Shown here: positions 20,020-30,386 of the stretch, in pieces
Layout: each line of letters starts with the position of its first letter
How positions within the stretch are numbered: the stretch's first letter is position 1
Assembly (NCBI GenBank): GCA_965203095.1
Contig: OZ241877.1
Location: forward strand, 1,216,001 to 1,280,000
DNA: 64,000 bases
Direction of reading: 5' to 3'
From: Bdellovibrionales bacterium
Lineage (GTDB): Bacteria > Bdellovibrionota > Bdellovibrionia > Bdellovibrionales > UBA1609
Position numbers and translations under genes: made by a program
The notes under the pieces: model-generated
What the model saw: the letters and a program-made list of their open reading frames with translations, nothing else
What the model was told of the DNA's origin: nothing
The model's database searches: none

Positions 20020-20832
20020 TCAAAGGTTTTTTTTAGTAGCTTTCACCCGCTTTTTTAGCCGAGAGGATTTTCTTTTTCTCAGCTTTTTTCTTTTGCCCTT
20101 TTTTCTATAAAGAAGAAACAACCATATAAAAGCCAGCAAAAAAATGGGTAGAAAAATAACAAATAAAAGCACTTTAAATAGGCTTGGTTTTTTTTGTTTG
20201 CTCTGGTTTTTCATGTCTTCTTCTAAATCAGTTTCGCTCAAAATTTTTTCAATATAAGAAAGCATAGCTTGCCTTTGCTCCGCTGTCTGTTTCCGGATCT
20301 GATTGAGTGTTTCTGTAATGTCCTTAGTCAGACGAAGGCTTTTGATAATATGGAGAAATTCACTGGAGTAGTTTGCATAGTGCTCACTTGAGGAGTGGAG
20401 GCTCACCATCACATTAATTTTTCTCTTTTCATGTTTGCAACAGATGGCCATGGCATATCTATTGACCGATTTTTCCACAAAACCACTGTCATAAAAGCCT
20501 TCCAACCAAACATGGCGGTAGATCATTATTTGTTTGAGATGCTTTTTCGTTCCAAAATGGTGAGATGAGAGCTTATTGAGAGCAGACTGATACATATCTA
20601 AACGGACCGAAGGGTCTCCCTCAGTAGCTATAGTCAAGATGAGAGCGGGCCTGATTCCTTTAGAGAGAGAGTGATGGCAAACCCAATTTATACCAAAAAT
20701 TTTGCAAGTCCATGGATAGTTCATCTGAAAATGAACATAAGGCGTGCGAAAAATTTTTCCATGAGAAGGAAGGCTCAAAAGCCCCCCCACTAAAGGGAAG
20801 AGGAATAAAAACCATCTCAGTGAAAAAGTCAT
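20020..20832 (-). CDS. Hypothetical exported protein with C-terminal TM anchor
   Basis: Signal peptide, C-terminal hydrophobic helix and basic tail. Confidence 0.75.
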   Translation of the reverse strand: MTFSLRWFLFLFPLVGGLLSLPSHGKIFRTPYVHFQMNYPWTCKIFGINWVCHHSLSKGIRPALILTIATEGDPSVRLDMYQSALNKLSSHHFGTKKHLKQIMIYRHVWLEGFYDSGFVEKSVNRYAMAICCKHEKRKINVMVSLHSSSEHYANYSSEFLHIIKSLRLTKDITETLNQIRKQTAEQRQAMLSYIEKILSETDLEEDMKNQSKQKKPSLFKVLLFVIFLPIFLLAFIWLFLLYRKKGKRKKLRKRKSSRLKKRVKATKKNL

Positions 20833-20846
20833 AAAATGGTAAAAAT

Positions 20847-21551
20847 CTATTCTACTGCTGTTGCATTTTTTAAACTCAATTCAAAATAAGGATTCTCATC
20901 CCCTGGAGTGAAGTGAATCAAAAGCTCCTTATCCTCCTGTCCTTCTTCAAAAAATCGGACATTTGTCAAAAGCCAGCTGGGGGTTAAGGAGATAGAGCTG
21001 TTATAAAACCGGACAAAAACCCCTTGATCTGACAAAACAAAAAAGTTTCTTTCCGGATGAGCTAACATTTCTTTATGAGGTAAATAAAAAGGGCCTATCC
21101 ACTCCTCATCCTCCATTTTGCAGGGAGATTGCACAACCATCGCCCCCGGTTCGTTATTGAGAGCAAAGCCTATAGAGAAAAAAGAAAACTCCACTAAAGG
21201 ATAAATTTGGCATATAAAATTCAGCTCTTTAAGTTGAGGATCATGGACAAGAAAATTCCCTAAATAAAAGGCCAAAAGAGAATCTTCCTCAATCACTTGA
21301 TTTTTAGAAAATAGAGCTAAGCTGGCTTTTTGAGTCAACTGGTTGGTGGAAAGGTTTAAAATCTCTTTTGAAGAACCTTCACCGGCCAGTCCTCGCCACT
21401 CAGATGGCTTCCATTGCACATAAAGATTTTTATCCCAGGAGTTTAGGCCAAAAAACAGGCCCATAGCGAAAAAAAAGCCCAAAAGACCTAAAGCAATAAG
21501 GTTTTTTTTCCACCAGTTTTTTGTCCAAAAGCTTTTAAACTTTTTCATCAT
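20847..21551 (-). CDS. Hypothetical membrane-anchored protein
   Basis: Single N-terminal TM helix; co-oriented with its neighbour. Confidence 0.75.
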   Translation of the reverse strand: MMKKFKSFWTKNWWKKNLIALGLLGFFFAMGLFFGLNSWDKNLYVQWKPSEWRGLAGEGSSKEILNLSTNQLTQKASLALFSKNQVIEEDSLLAFYLGNFLVHDPQLKELNFICQIYPLVEFSFFSIGFALNNEPGAMVVQSPCKMEDEEWIGPFYLPHKEMLAHPERNFFVLSDQGVFVRFYNSSISLTPSWLLTNVRFFEEGQEDKELLIHFTPGDENPYFELSLKNATAVE

Positions 21552-21603
21552 CCTAAGACTCAGAATAACATGAAAAATCTACTATTCAAAAAAAATCTTC
21601 AAA

Positions 21604-23235
21604 TCAGGACTTCTCTAAAAGGGGATCTGCCTCAGCCTTCAATTTTTCAAACCCTCCCTCCACAAAATAGACATTGATAAAGCCTTGATCCCTTAGTTTT
21701 TGTGATATTTCCTGAGATAACTCCCCTCGATCACAAAGCAAAACTAAGGCTTTTTTAATATCCTGGCCCTTTAACCGAGAGAAAAGCTCACTAATTGTTA
21801 TTTGTTCCGCCCTTTTCATCAACTTTTCCCTTTTTAGGAGCGGATTCTGGCCCAAGTAAAAAAAACCAAAAGGAATATTTTTGTCAATCAAGCTTTTTAA
21901 TTGACTGTAGTTTAAAGAAAACAAATCTTCATCTATTTGTTTTGATTTCTTTTTTGAGCTGGTTTTTTTGCCCGCATTAGGAATGCTTTTTGGGAATCGA
22001 AAAGCCAGAAACAAAGCTATTAAAGTGAGGACCCCACCGGACAAAAAAGGACTTTCATGGGAAAAATTCTGATAGAGCCAGCCTCCCATAGCCGGACCTA
22101 TAATTCGTGTGGCTGAAGAAAGGCTTTTGCCTACTCCAAAAATACTCCCCTGCTTTTGAGATGAGCTTGTCAAACTCAAAGCTCCGCTCAAACTGGTGTT
22201 GGACAAGCTATAACCTACAGAAAATAATGTGACTCCCACAAACAAAGCCAAAAAAGCTAAAGAAAAGAGCTGGACTGTGCCGGGCAAAAAACCAGATAAA
22301 GCTATAGACAACAGCCCTGCGGACATGGATAGCAAACCCACAGAGTGGGTTCGGCTTTCCCCCCACTTGGGGATGCATTTTCTCACAAAATAGCCCTGGC
22401 TGATTGCCATCAAAAAGCCCACATAAATAAAAGAACCGTAAGCGGATTTCTGACTCCAAAAAAAATCATCTTGAACAAAAAGAATGAGTGCCGGTTCTAT
22501 TTGTGCCAGTGAGAGCCAAAGCATAAAAGACATAGTGAGAATAAGCCCTGTTTTTGGACTTCTTAGAGATTGGATTATTATGGGAACTGAGGGACGGACA
22601 AACAGAGGGTTTTTTCGCTTAAAAACTTCAAAAAAGGATTTTTTTGATTTGAGGCTTTCTCTTAAAAAGAAACAGGACATCAAAAAATTGATAAAACAAA
22701 AAAAGCTGGCTCCCATAGCCGAAAAATGAGCAGAATAAGGGGGCTGGCCCCCTAATTTTTCCCCTAAGAGGATAAATAAAAAGCCAAAAACTGGGCCTAT
22801 GGCAAAACCCGCTCCAAAAGCCATGCCAATAAGACCAATGTTTTTGGATCGATTTTGTGCTGAAGTCACATCAGCAATATAAGCTGTGGCCACAGCAGGA
22901 CGGCTGGTAAGAAGGCCAGCAATGGCCTGGGCTAAAAACATATCGGACACTTCAGTGGAAAAGGCAAAAATCGCGTAAGATAGAGCGGAACCAAAAAGCC
23001 CAATCAGAATAATAGGCTTTCTTCCAAAAGTGTCGCTCAAACGACCCCAAAAAGGGGCGAACAAGAATTGAGCTGTAGAATAACAGCTTATTAAAAGGCC
23101 AATGGTGAATCCTTCAGCCCCAAAGTCCCTACCTAAAATAGGGATGAGAGGGATAATCATCCCCCAGCTGACAATATCAAAGAAAATAACAGAAAAAATA
23201 GCCAAAAGGGCTCTTTTTTTTTGCTTTTCTCTCAA
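21604..23235 (-). CDS. TetA-like MFS transporter fused to a C-terminal rhodanese domain
   Basis: WGRLSDTFGRKP motif A, G..G...GFAIGP motif C; C-terminal LVLLCDRGELS..L...GFINVYFVEGG. Confidence 0.85.
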   Translation of the reverse strand: MREKQKKRALLAIFSVIFFDIVSWGMIIPLIPILGRDFGAEGFTIGLLISCYSTAQFLFAPFWGRLSDTFGRKPIILIGLFGSALSYAIFAFSTEVSDMFLAQAIAGLLTSRPAVATAYIADVTSAQNRSKNIGLIGMAFGAGFAIGPVFGFLFILLGEKLGGQPPYSAHFSAMGASFFCFINFLMSCFFLRESLKSKKSFFEVFKRKNPLFVRPSVPIIIQSLRSPKTGLILTMSFMLWLSLAQIEPALILFVQDDFFWSQKSAYGSFIYVGFLMAISQGYFVRKCIPKWGESRTHSVGLLSMSAGLLSIALSGFLPGTVQLFSLAFLALFVGVTLFSVGYSLSNTSLSGALSLTSSSQKQGSIFGVGKSLSSATRIIGPAMGGWLYQNFSHESPFLSGGVLTLIALFLAFRFPKSIPNAGKKTSSKKKSKQIDEDLFSLNYSQLKSLIDKNIPFGFFYLGQNPLLKREKLMKRAEQITISELFSRLKGQDIKKALVLLCDRGELSQEISQKLRDQGFINVYFVEGGFEKLKAEADPLLEKS

Positions 23236-23333
23236 TTTAACCTCTCAGTTTGCCGAATTTAAAAACAGGACGGCTTAAATAATTAAAGAGGCTTAAAGCT
23301 ATAACCTGATCTATATTGAGAAAAAAGTTAAAA

Positions 23334-24392
23334 ATGATAAAACTTAAAATTTTTCTTTTAGTTCTTTTTTGGTTTCATTTTAATGCTGTGGCTGTATCCA
23401 ATTTGCGATTTCCGGAATGGCCCTCTAAAAGCCAACCCTTAAACATTAGCTTGCAAACAGAGTTTTTCCGGACTCAAGCCAATTACACTCAGTTGGGCTT
23501 GTATGATGATTTGCCTGATGAGAGTTATTTTCAATATACAGCTATTCATCCCCGTATCACTTACTCCCCCTTGAGCTGGACCCATTTTGAATTGTTTGCC
23601 AATAGTTTTTATGCCATGAGCAAAAAGCAAAATATTCAAAGAGATGTGTTTCGCGTGGCTCTTGTGGGTGGAGGATTTGCTTTTTACAAAAATCTTAACT
23701 TTTTGACTGCCGGACTGGAGCTGAGGGGGGGAGTTCCTCTGTTAGGCAATTTTCAAACTCCCGATGAATTGATTGTGGGTGATGGGGCTTACTTTGTGGA
23801 ACCGGGGCTTTGGCTTTTGTTTCAGCCCACAAAGGTAGTTTATATTTATGGCCATACGGCTTTTCGTTATAGGATGTTTTCCCTTTCTGGCCTGCTGTGG
23901 GGCCGGTTAGGTGGGGTTTTGCAAACTCAATATATTGACGCCGGGTTGGGCTTGGATTCTTTTTACAGCCTAATCCCCGATCAATACAGCCTCCAACCGC
24001 AATTTCGTTGGGATCCCATTGAGAAAGTCAATGCAGGAAGTTATAAGTTTTACTCTGTAGATCCAGCGGTTCTTTCTTGGATAGCCTGGATGGAATTTAA
24101 ATTTCAACCTCTGTTTGCAAAAATTTATTTTAATTTGGACAGCTTGGGGAAAAATTATGCTAAAGGCTTTAGCTTTGGCCTGGTGACAACATTGAGGTTT
24201 AACACCAGATCTTCCATTGCTGACAAACGGAGAGGATCCACTTTTGATCCTGAAGATTTTGAGGCTGAAGAAGATTTAGAAAAACGCCCGGCTAAGAAGG
24301 ATAGCTCTTACTTTAAAGAGGAAGCCGATCCTTATGAAAAAAAAGGCATGAGTCAGGAGCTGAAAGAGGAGCTAAACACTTTAAGGCATTAA
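23334..24392 (+). CDS. Hypothetical exported beta-rich protein with acidic tail
   Basis: Signal peptide MIKLKIFLLVLFWFHFNAVA and aromatic amphipathic strands. Confidence 0.7.
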   Translation: MIKLKIFLLVLFWFHFNAVAVSNLRFPEWPSKSQPLNISLQTEFFRTQANYTQLGLYDDLPDESYFQYTAIHPRITYSPLSWTHFELFANSFYAMSKKQNIQRDVFRVALVGGGFAFYKNLNFLTAGLELRGGVPLLGNFQTPDELIVGDGAYFVEPGLWLLFQPTKVVYIYGHTAFRYRMFSLSGLLWGRLGGVLQTQYIDAGLGLDSFYSLIPDQYSLQPQFRWDPIEKVNAGSYKFYSVDPAVLSWIAWMEFKFQPLFAKIYFNLDSLGKNYAKGFSFGLVTTLRFNTRSSIADKRRGSTFDPEDFEAEEDLEKRPAKKDSSYFKEEADPYEKKGMSQELKEELNTLRH

Positions 24393-24664
24393 GCCATCCC
24401 TTTATAGGATTTTTATACTTGTCAAAAAAGCGGACTGAAAAATAGAGAAGATAGGACTTATTGCATTGCAACATTTTTCTATTCCAAAGGGCTTTTATAA
24501 TTTAAAGCGGAATGGAGACGAAGGGTGTTGGACCAAGCCTCAATCCAGTCTTTAGTGCATGGTTCCACTAAAAAAAGACTCACTTATGAGAAGTTTATAA
24601 GATAAAATCTTAAAACTTTGAAAAAACATTTCTGTTTTTACATTTTTGAATTAAGTTAAAGTCG

Positions 24665-27121
24665 ATGAAGTTTAAAGATTTTGCAACTGGAAAGTTTGTT
24701 AAGTCTTCTCCAGAGGAAAAGATAAGACAAGAGTATGAAAAAATCTTAGTAAATGATTATGGTTATAAAAAATTAGAATTAGATATTGAAGTTTCTATTC
24801 CAAGAGGAACAGGATATTTCCCAGATTCTGCTGATATTGTCGTATTTAATTCATCAACTAAAAGAGACCCAGCGGCTAATATATTAGGAATTGTAGAAAC
24901 TAAACGCCCTGAGAGAAAAGATGGGCTAGCTCAGCTTAAGTCATACATGACAGCAACTTCTGCCATTTGGGGGGTGTGGACAAATGGTAGTGATATTGCT
25001 TATCTTTGCAAGCCTCCTGGAACAAACTCTATTTCAAAATATTATCTAAATAATATCCCTGCAAGAAGTCAATCTCTTCAAGATGTAGGAAGAATAAAGA
25101 AACAAGGTTTAAAACCTTTCGGAAGAGAAGAACTTAAAATAGCTTTTCGTAGGATTCTTCGCACTCTTTATACGAATACCAATATCAGTCGACGGGAAAA
25201 ATTAGGTGGGGAAATGATAAAATTAATTTTTTCAAAGATTGAAGATGAAAAAACATATTTAAATCGTATTCCTGATTTTCGTTCAGAAGCAGGGGAAAAT
25301 TCAGAAGTAGTAAAAAAACGAATTGACAAACTTTTTGAAAGAGTAAAAGAAGAATTAAAAAATGATGGAGTTTTTCATTCTCACGAAAAAATTAATCTGG
25401 AAGCCAGATCAGTGGCTTGGGTGGTTGGACAATTAGAGCGTGGAAGCTTACTGAAGACTGATACAGATGTGGTTGGAGATGCTTTTGAGATTTTTGCAGA
25501 ATCTCCTTTAAAAGGGGAAAAGGGTGAGTTTTTTACACCTCGTGGAGTTATTAAACTTGCAGTAAAACTTATTGATCCAAAACCTGGAGAATCTATTTGT
25601 GATCCAGCCTGTGGATCAGGAGGATTTCTAATTTATTCCATGAAACATATATGGAATTTAATGGAAAGGGACCCTAAATGGAAAGGATCTCCAAAATTAA
25701 GTGAACATAAGCAAAGAGTAGCTTCACAATCTATATTTGGAATAGATAAAGAATCTGATTTGGTGAAAATTGCGAAAGCTTATATGGCTATTTCAGGAGA
25801 TGGGAGAAGTAATATGGTTTATGAAAATACTTTACATGAAATCACAGAATTTTCACCTTTTGCCAAACAAAAATTTATAGAAGATAATCGATTTAGAAAG
25901 TTTGATGTGATTTTAACCAATCCACCTTTTGGGACTAAAACTAAGGTTATAAAGTCTGATTCTAAAAACTTTCAACTTGGATATCAATGGAAAGAAACAA
26001 AAGAAGGGAAATTTAATAAAACTAATAAAGTATGTGAAAGAGAACCACATATTTTATTTATTGAACGTTGTCTTGATATGCTTAAAGAAAATGGAAAACT
26101 TGCTATCGTTCTTCCAGAGACTATTTTTCACGCTCCAAAAACAGATTACATTAGGAATTTCGTAAAAAGTCAAAATAGTATAGAAGCTATAATTGATTTG
26201 CCACATAATACTTTTCGGCCTCACTGTAATGCAAAGACCTGTCTCCTGATTTTAAATAAGGGAAAAAATCAAAATGACAAAGTCATTATGGCTACTCCAA
26301 AAGAAATGGGGCATAACCATCAAGGGAAAACTCTTTTCAGAAGAGGTACTGAGGAAATATGGGATGATCTGAAAGTAGTAATGAAAGAGATAAATGAGCC
26401 TGATCTAAAAGACAATCAATTCACCTTTTTAGTGCCATGGTCTAAAATCAAAGAAGCTGGAAATCTGATGCCTATTTATTATCAAAGTCTTTTCAAACCT
26501 CCTAAAATGTTAAAAGGACGATTCGGAATCAAAATAAATGATCTGTTTAATCAAAAAATCTTAGGTGCCTGGGATGGTCATGGTTCTCCTGCTTCTACAT
26601 CAAAGGGACAAGGAAAAATTCCTTATATTCGTGTAAGTGACATCGTTAATTGGGAGCTATACAGGAATCCTGTTACTGGTATTCCAGAGGAAATTTATAA
26701 AGAAATGACTCGGCATAAAACAAAACCTGAACCAAAAGATATTCTTTTTGTGCGACGAGGGAGTTATCGTATAGGAACAGTTGCTATGGTATCTCCTCAG
26801 GATAAAAAAGTGCTTTTAACAAGAGAACTACTTACTTTTAGAGTTTTGAATTTAGAAAACTCCTATGGTATCAATCCCTTTTACCTTCTTGGTTTATTAT
26901 CTTCAGAGTTTGTGCAAAATCAAATACCTTCAAAGGTTTTTATTGATACAACACTACCAAATATCGGAAGTAGGTGGAAAGACATTATTCTTCCTATTCA
27001 TAAGAATAAAAAGGAAATTGATGATTATACAGCTAAAGTTAAGTCTATTATTGATAATAAATGGAGAGCACAAAAAGAAATTCACCAAATGATAAACGAT
27101 TTTGGGAATATCGTAACCTAA
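24665..27121 (+). CDS. Fused restriction-modification enzyme (HsdR-N-like nuclease + N6 MTase + specificity domain; Type IIG-like)
   Basis: EEKIRQ..ADIV..VETK..QLKSY..WTNG; GEFFTPR, DPACGSGGFL, NPPF; C-terminal TRD-like region (PYIRVSDI). Confidence 0.88.
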   Translation: MKFKDFATGKFVKSSPEEKIRQEYEKILVNDYGYKKLELDIEVSIPRGTGYFPDSADIVVFNSSTKRDPAANILGIVETKRPERKDGLAQLKSYMTATSAIWGVWTNGSDIAYLCKPPGTNSISKYYLNNIPARSQSLQDVGRIKKQGLKPFGREELKIAFRRILRTLYTNTNISRREKLGGEMIKLIFSKIEDEKTYLNRIPDFRSEAGENSEVVKKRIDKLFERVKEELKNDGVFHSHEKINLEARSVAWVVGQLERGSLLKTDTDVVGDAFEIFAESPLKGEKGEFFTPRGVIKLAVKLIDPKPGESICDPACGSGGFLIYSMKHIWNLMERDPKWKGSPKLSEHKQRVASQSIFGIDKESDLVKIAKAYMAISGDGRSNMVYENTLHEITEFSPFAKQKFIEDNRFRKFDVILTNPPFGTKTKVIKSDSKNFQLGYQWKETKEGKFNKTNKVCEREPHILFIERCLDMLKENGKLAIVLPETIFHAPKTDYIRNFVKSQNSIEAIIDLPHNTFRPHCNAKTCLLILNKGKNQNDKVIMATPKEMGHNHQGKTLFRRGTEEIWDDLKVVMKEINEPDLKDNQFTFLVPWSKIKEAGNLMPIYYQSLFKPPKMLKGRFGIKINDLFNQKILGAWDGHGSPASTSKGQGKIPYIRVSDIVNWELYRNPVTGIPEEIYKEMTRHKTKPEPKDILFVRRGSYRIGTVAMVSPQDKKVLLTRELLTFRVLNLENSYGINPFYLLGLLSSEFVQNQIPSKVFIDTTLPNIGSRWKDIILPIHKNKKEIDDYTAKVKSIIDNKWRAQKEIHQMINDFGNIVT

Positions 27122-27448
27122 AAAAACATAATCAAATCTGAGGTTGGACAAGTTAAGCTTGAAAAGAAGATGGGCGGACTTGAGGCCAAGTTGAAGCCAT
27201 ACCGATTTCATTTTAAAATAAGGATTCAGTACAAATAGGCTATCACTGAGATGCATTTTGCATAGCTGGCTGGCCCACAGCCCGGATATATTGAATGGTT
27301 GGTCAACATAGTGACCAACTTATTGTGATTTTGTTATTAATTGTAAAAAATGCTGGTTCGGTATATAGGGCTTTTTAAAAATATACCTTAAGTAAAATCA
27401 ATACCCAGCAATATAGAGACTTTATTTTTCAATCAAAGAATAGGATTT

Positions 27449-28303
27449 TTATAAAAAAGAAGATAGACAAGGCTTGTTAGCATTGTTCAGCAGTTTAACC
27501 ACTTGGCTTTTAAATGTGGGCTGGATACCCTTTCGAGGAGTTCGACTCATCCACTCCTGCATAGCGGGATCTTTTTTATCAAGAGGAATGTCCGGCCTTC
27601 GAGAAAGATAATACTCTGGAATTTTGCCAAATTTGTTTTTTGCTTGAGGCTTTGCTCCCGCCTCTAATAGAATTTTAATGACTTGAATATTAGGATTGCT
27701 GGCTACGGCCAAATGCAAAGGGCTGTTGCCGTTTATATTTTTAGCATGAATATTTGCTCCTGCTTTTAAAAGGGCCAGTGTGACTTCTGGGTTAGGGTTA
27801 TCCTGAGCAGAATAGTGAATAGGGGTGCTTTTATGGTGGTTTAAAACATTCACATTCGCTCCAGCAGAAGTAAGAGCAGTGATCATTTTTGGATTGAGGT
27901 TATTTTGAGCTGACAAGTGCAAAGGGCTTAGCCAATGGCGGTCTTTAATATCAACATAATGATCAGCCCCTGCTTTTAAAAGAGCCAGTGTCACATCTGG
28001 GTTATTGTATCGAGCAGACAAATGCAATGGGCTTTGCCATTGGCTATTTGTAGCATAAACATCCGCACCAGCAGATAAAAGAGCAATGCTCACTTCCGGA
28101 TGAGGATTATATTGGGCCGAAACTCGCAATAGATAATTTATCGAAAAGTTATTTTTTAACGCTCCTTGTTCTATCAATTCCTGCACTTCTTTAGCAGAAC
28201 CTGTTTGCACTGTTAAAAAACCATTTTCTAAGGTTTTATCACCCCAAGACAAAGAGGCTATAAGAAGAAGGTTAACTATAATCTTCAACATTCCCATCCA
28301 CAA
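27449..28303 (-). CDS. Secreted ankyrin-repeat protein
   Basis: SPLHLSA..NP repeats and a signal peptide. Confidence 0.92.
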   Translation of the reverse strand: MWMGMLKIIVNLLLIASLSWGDKTLENGFLTVQTGSAKEVQELIEQGALKNNFSINYLLRVSAQYNPHPEVSIALLSAGADVYATNSQWQSPLHLSARYNNPDVTLALLKAGADHYVDIKDRHWLSPLHLSAQNNLNPKMITALTSAGANVNVLNHHKSTPIHYSAQDNPNPEVTLALLKAGANIHAKNINGNSPLHLAVASNPNIQVIKILLEAGAKPQAKNKFGKIPEYYLSRRPDIPLDKKDPAMQEWMSRTPRKGIQPTFKSQVVKLLNNANKPCLSSFL

Positions 28304-28312
28304 CTCAACAAA

Positions 28313-29491
28313 TCAGGATGAAGTAAAAATTCTTCGGCAGTGGGATATTACTCTTTGTGGAAAAGACTTTCTACTTTTTATTTCTTTTAAAACAGGAGGA
28401 ACTAAACCGGGAAGTTCAGGAATAGTGAGGGAATCATCTTTAAGAGCTTTTAAAACTTGAGGGTTCATTTCTTCCATAGCATAATTTATTGGAGTGCGAC
28501 CTTGAGTATCTTCAACATGTTTATCTGCTCCAGCGGATAATAAGGGAGGGATAGCTAAGGCATTATTATTTAAAATCGCGTGGTGTAAAGGGGTTCTTGA
28601 TTCATAATCCATAGCATTCAGCTTTGCCCCTGCATTCAAAAGGGCAGTGATAACCTCAAGGGGTTTAGGGTTATTCCCGGTGGCTAAGTGCAAGGCGGTT
28701 CGGCCAGCTTTATCTCGACTATGAATATTCACACCGGCTTTTATGAGAATCTGAATAATGTTGGGCAGTAAATTCTCTTCAGCAGAAATATGCAGGAGGC
28801 TTAGCTTTTCTCTATCCACAAAATTGACATTTGACCCTCCCTGGATAAGAGTTTTAACAATTGAGGCAGAAGGGTTTTGGATAATAGCCAAATATATAGG
28901 GATCCGCCCCTCATGGTCCTGAGCTTGAACATCCGCCCCTCCTTTTATAAGTGCTTGAATCACTTTCGGGAAGGGATTGCTACTGGCGGCATAATGTAGG
29001 GCAGTGTAGCCCTTTTTATCCTGAGCTTGAACATCCACCCCCCCGGCGATAAGTGTTTGAATCACTTCCGAAAAGGGATTGCTTTTAGCGGCTAAGTGTA
29101 AAGCAGTTCGGCCCTCATGGTCTTGAGCTTTGACATCCACTCCTGCGTTGATAAGTGCTTGAATCACTCCTGGGAAAGGATTGCCTTTAGCGGCTAAGTG
29201 TAAAGGGTTTTGCCCCTTATCATCTACAATATCAACCTTTGCTCCTTTATTTAACAAAGCCTTAACATGTTGTGGGGCGATAGGCCCTTTTATAGGTGAG
29301 GTATTTTTTGCCCGAAACAAATCAGGTTTAGCCTTCTTAAGCTCATCATGTTGAAGGTGGGATGTAATTTCAGTATTTAAAAAAACTGTCAACAGTGCCT
29401 CTTCAGTTTGTTTCTGAGTGGCTTGAACATTTTCCCCTCCCATTGTGTTGAGAGAGAAAACCAACAAAACTACAGCTATATATTTATTCAT
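28313..29491 (-). CDS. Secreted ankyrin-repeat protein (~8 repeats)
   Basis: G.TALHLAA..NPF repeats with 102-bp DNA periodicity; signal peptide; SD GGAG. Confidence 0.93.
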   Translation of the reverse strand: MNKYIAVVLLVFSLNTMGGENVQATQKQTEEALLTVFLNTEITSHLQHDELKKAKPDLFRAKNTSPIKGPIAPQHVKALLNKGAKVDIVDDKGQNPLHLAAKGNPFPGVIQALINAGVDVKAQDHEGRTALHLAAKSNPFSEVIQTLIAGGVDVQAQDKKGYTALHYAASSNPFPKVIQALIKGGADVQAQDHEGRIPIYLAIIQNPSASIVKTLIQGGSNVNFVDREKLSLLHISAEENLLPNIIQILIKAGVNIHSRDKAGRTALHLATGNNPKPLEVITALLNAGAKLNAMDYESRTPLHHAILNNNALAIPPLLSAGADKHVEDTQGRTPINYAMEEMNPQVLKALKDDSLTIPELPGLVPPVLKEIKSRKSFPQRVISHCRRIFTSS

Positions 29492-29599
29492 TTTTTTTCT
29501 CCTTTTTATTTATTTGCTCATTTTTTTGCCATAATTTTTTCTATTTTTCAAATTTTTTAAACAAAAGTGAAAATTTTTCCTATAGAACCGGGTTAAGCT

Positions 29600-30055
29600 T
29601 TATAATGGAGAACAAACAGATTGTGGGGAGGCAAATTTAATTACACCTTGGCCACTATGGCCTTGATAAACTTCCGGTGCCTCTATTCCGGTATCAGCGG
29701 GTTCCACACAGCGATATACTGGAGCTTTTGCCCCTCTAAAATCTTCTATAAAATACTTGCCACCCATGCAATGGCAGGTATGGGCTTTTTTACATTTGAC
29801 TGGAATATCAGGGTTTAATAACTGGCCAAATAAAGCAGAACCAGCCAATGCTTTCATCACATAATTTGCATATTCCTGACAGGTATTATAATGCCCAAGA
29901 TAAATTCCTGAATCGGGGCCTGGTTCTGCAAGTTGCCCTGGAGGTAAATCCGCCGAAGTAGCCAACTTCTCCGGAGAGGCTTGATTTTTAGGCTTGCTGT
30001 CACAAGACAAAAAAACAGATAAAATCCAAAAGATTTTTATTGTCCTTATAACCAT
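29600..30055 (-). CDS. Cys-rich putative lipoprotein
   Basis: Lipobox-like FLSC at residues 15-18; six further Cys. Confidence 0.65.
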   Translation of the reverse strand: MVIRTIKIFWILSVFLSCDSKPKNQASPEKLATSADLPPGQLAEPGPDSGIYLGHYNTCQEYANYVMKALAGSALFGQLLNPDIPVKCKKAHTCHCMGGKYFIEDFRGAKAPVYRCVEPADTGIEAPEVYQGHSGQGVIKFASPQSVCSPL

Positions 30056-30386
30056 ATAATTCTTCCTTTGTGGAAAAGTCTTAGTCAGTCTTTTCCACCC
30101 TTTGTTTGCATGGATAAGCTCTGCTGGATTTCCACCATCCGGTGGAAATGGCTTGCTTTTTCAAATCCTATTTTTACATTTTACATTAGATTCCCATTTT
30201 CCACAAGATAAATTTCAGGTCATAGTGTTCATTTTTGCCGGTATCCGGCAGATCACTTAGTTTTTTAGCTCAAAACTCAAAAAAAATTTACTCTTTAGGG
30301 ACAGTTCTTTTGCTTATTACTTAAAAGAGAATCAAAAAAACCTTTTGTGAGAACAGGCCAAAGTTAAATATGGAAAAAAGAAAAGC

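Noticed and set aside
24513..24560. Intact tRNA gene
   Set aside because: Only a degenerate 3'-end resemblance; no cloverleaf can be built.
27140..27200. Fragment reading LEKKMGGLEAKL, similar to the 31917-32126 protein
   Set aside because: Too short and low in complexity to call a pseudogene.
27449..28340. CaaX prenylation motifs on the ankyrin proteins
   Set aside because: The Cys is at -6 and -8, not -4.
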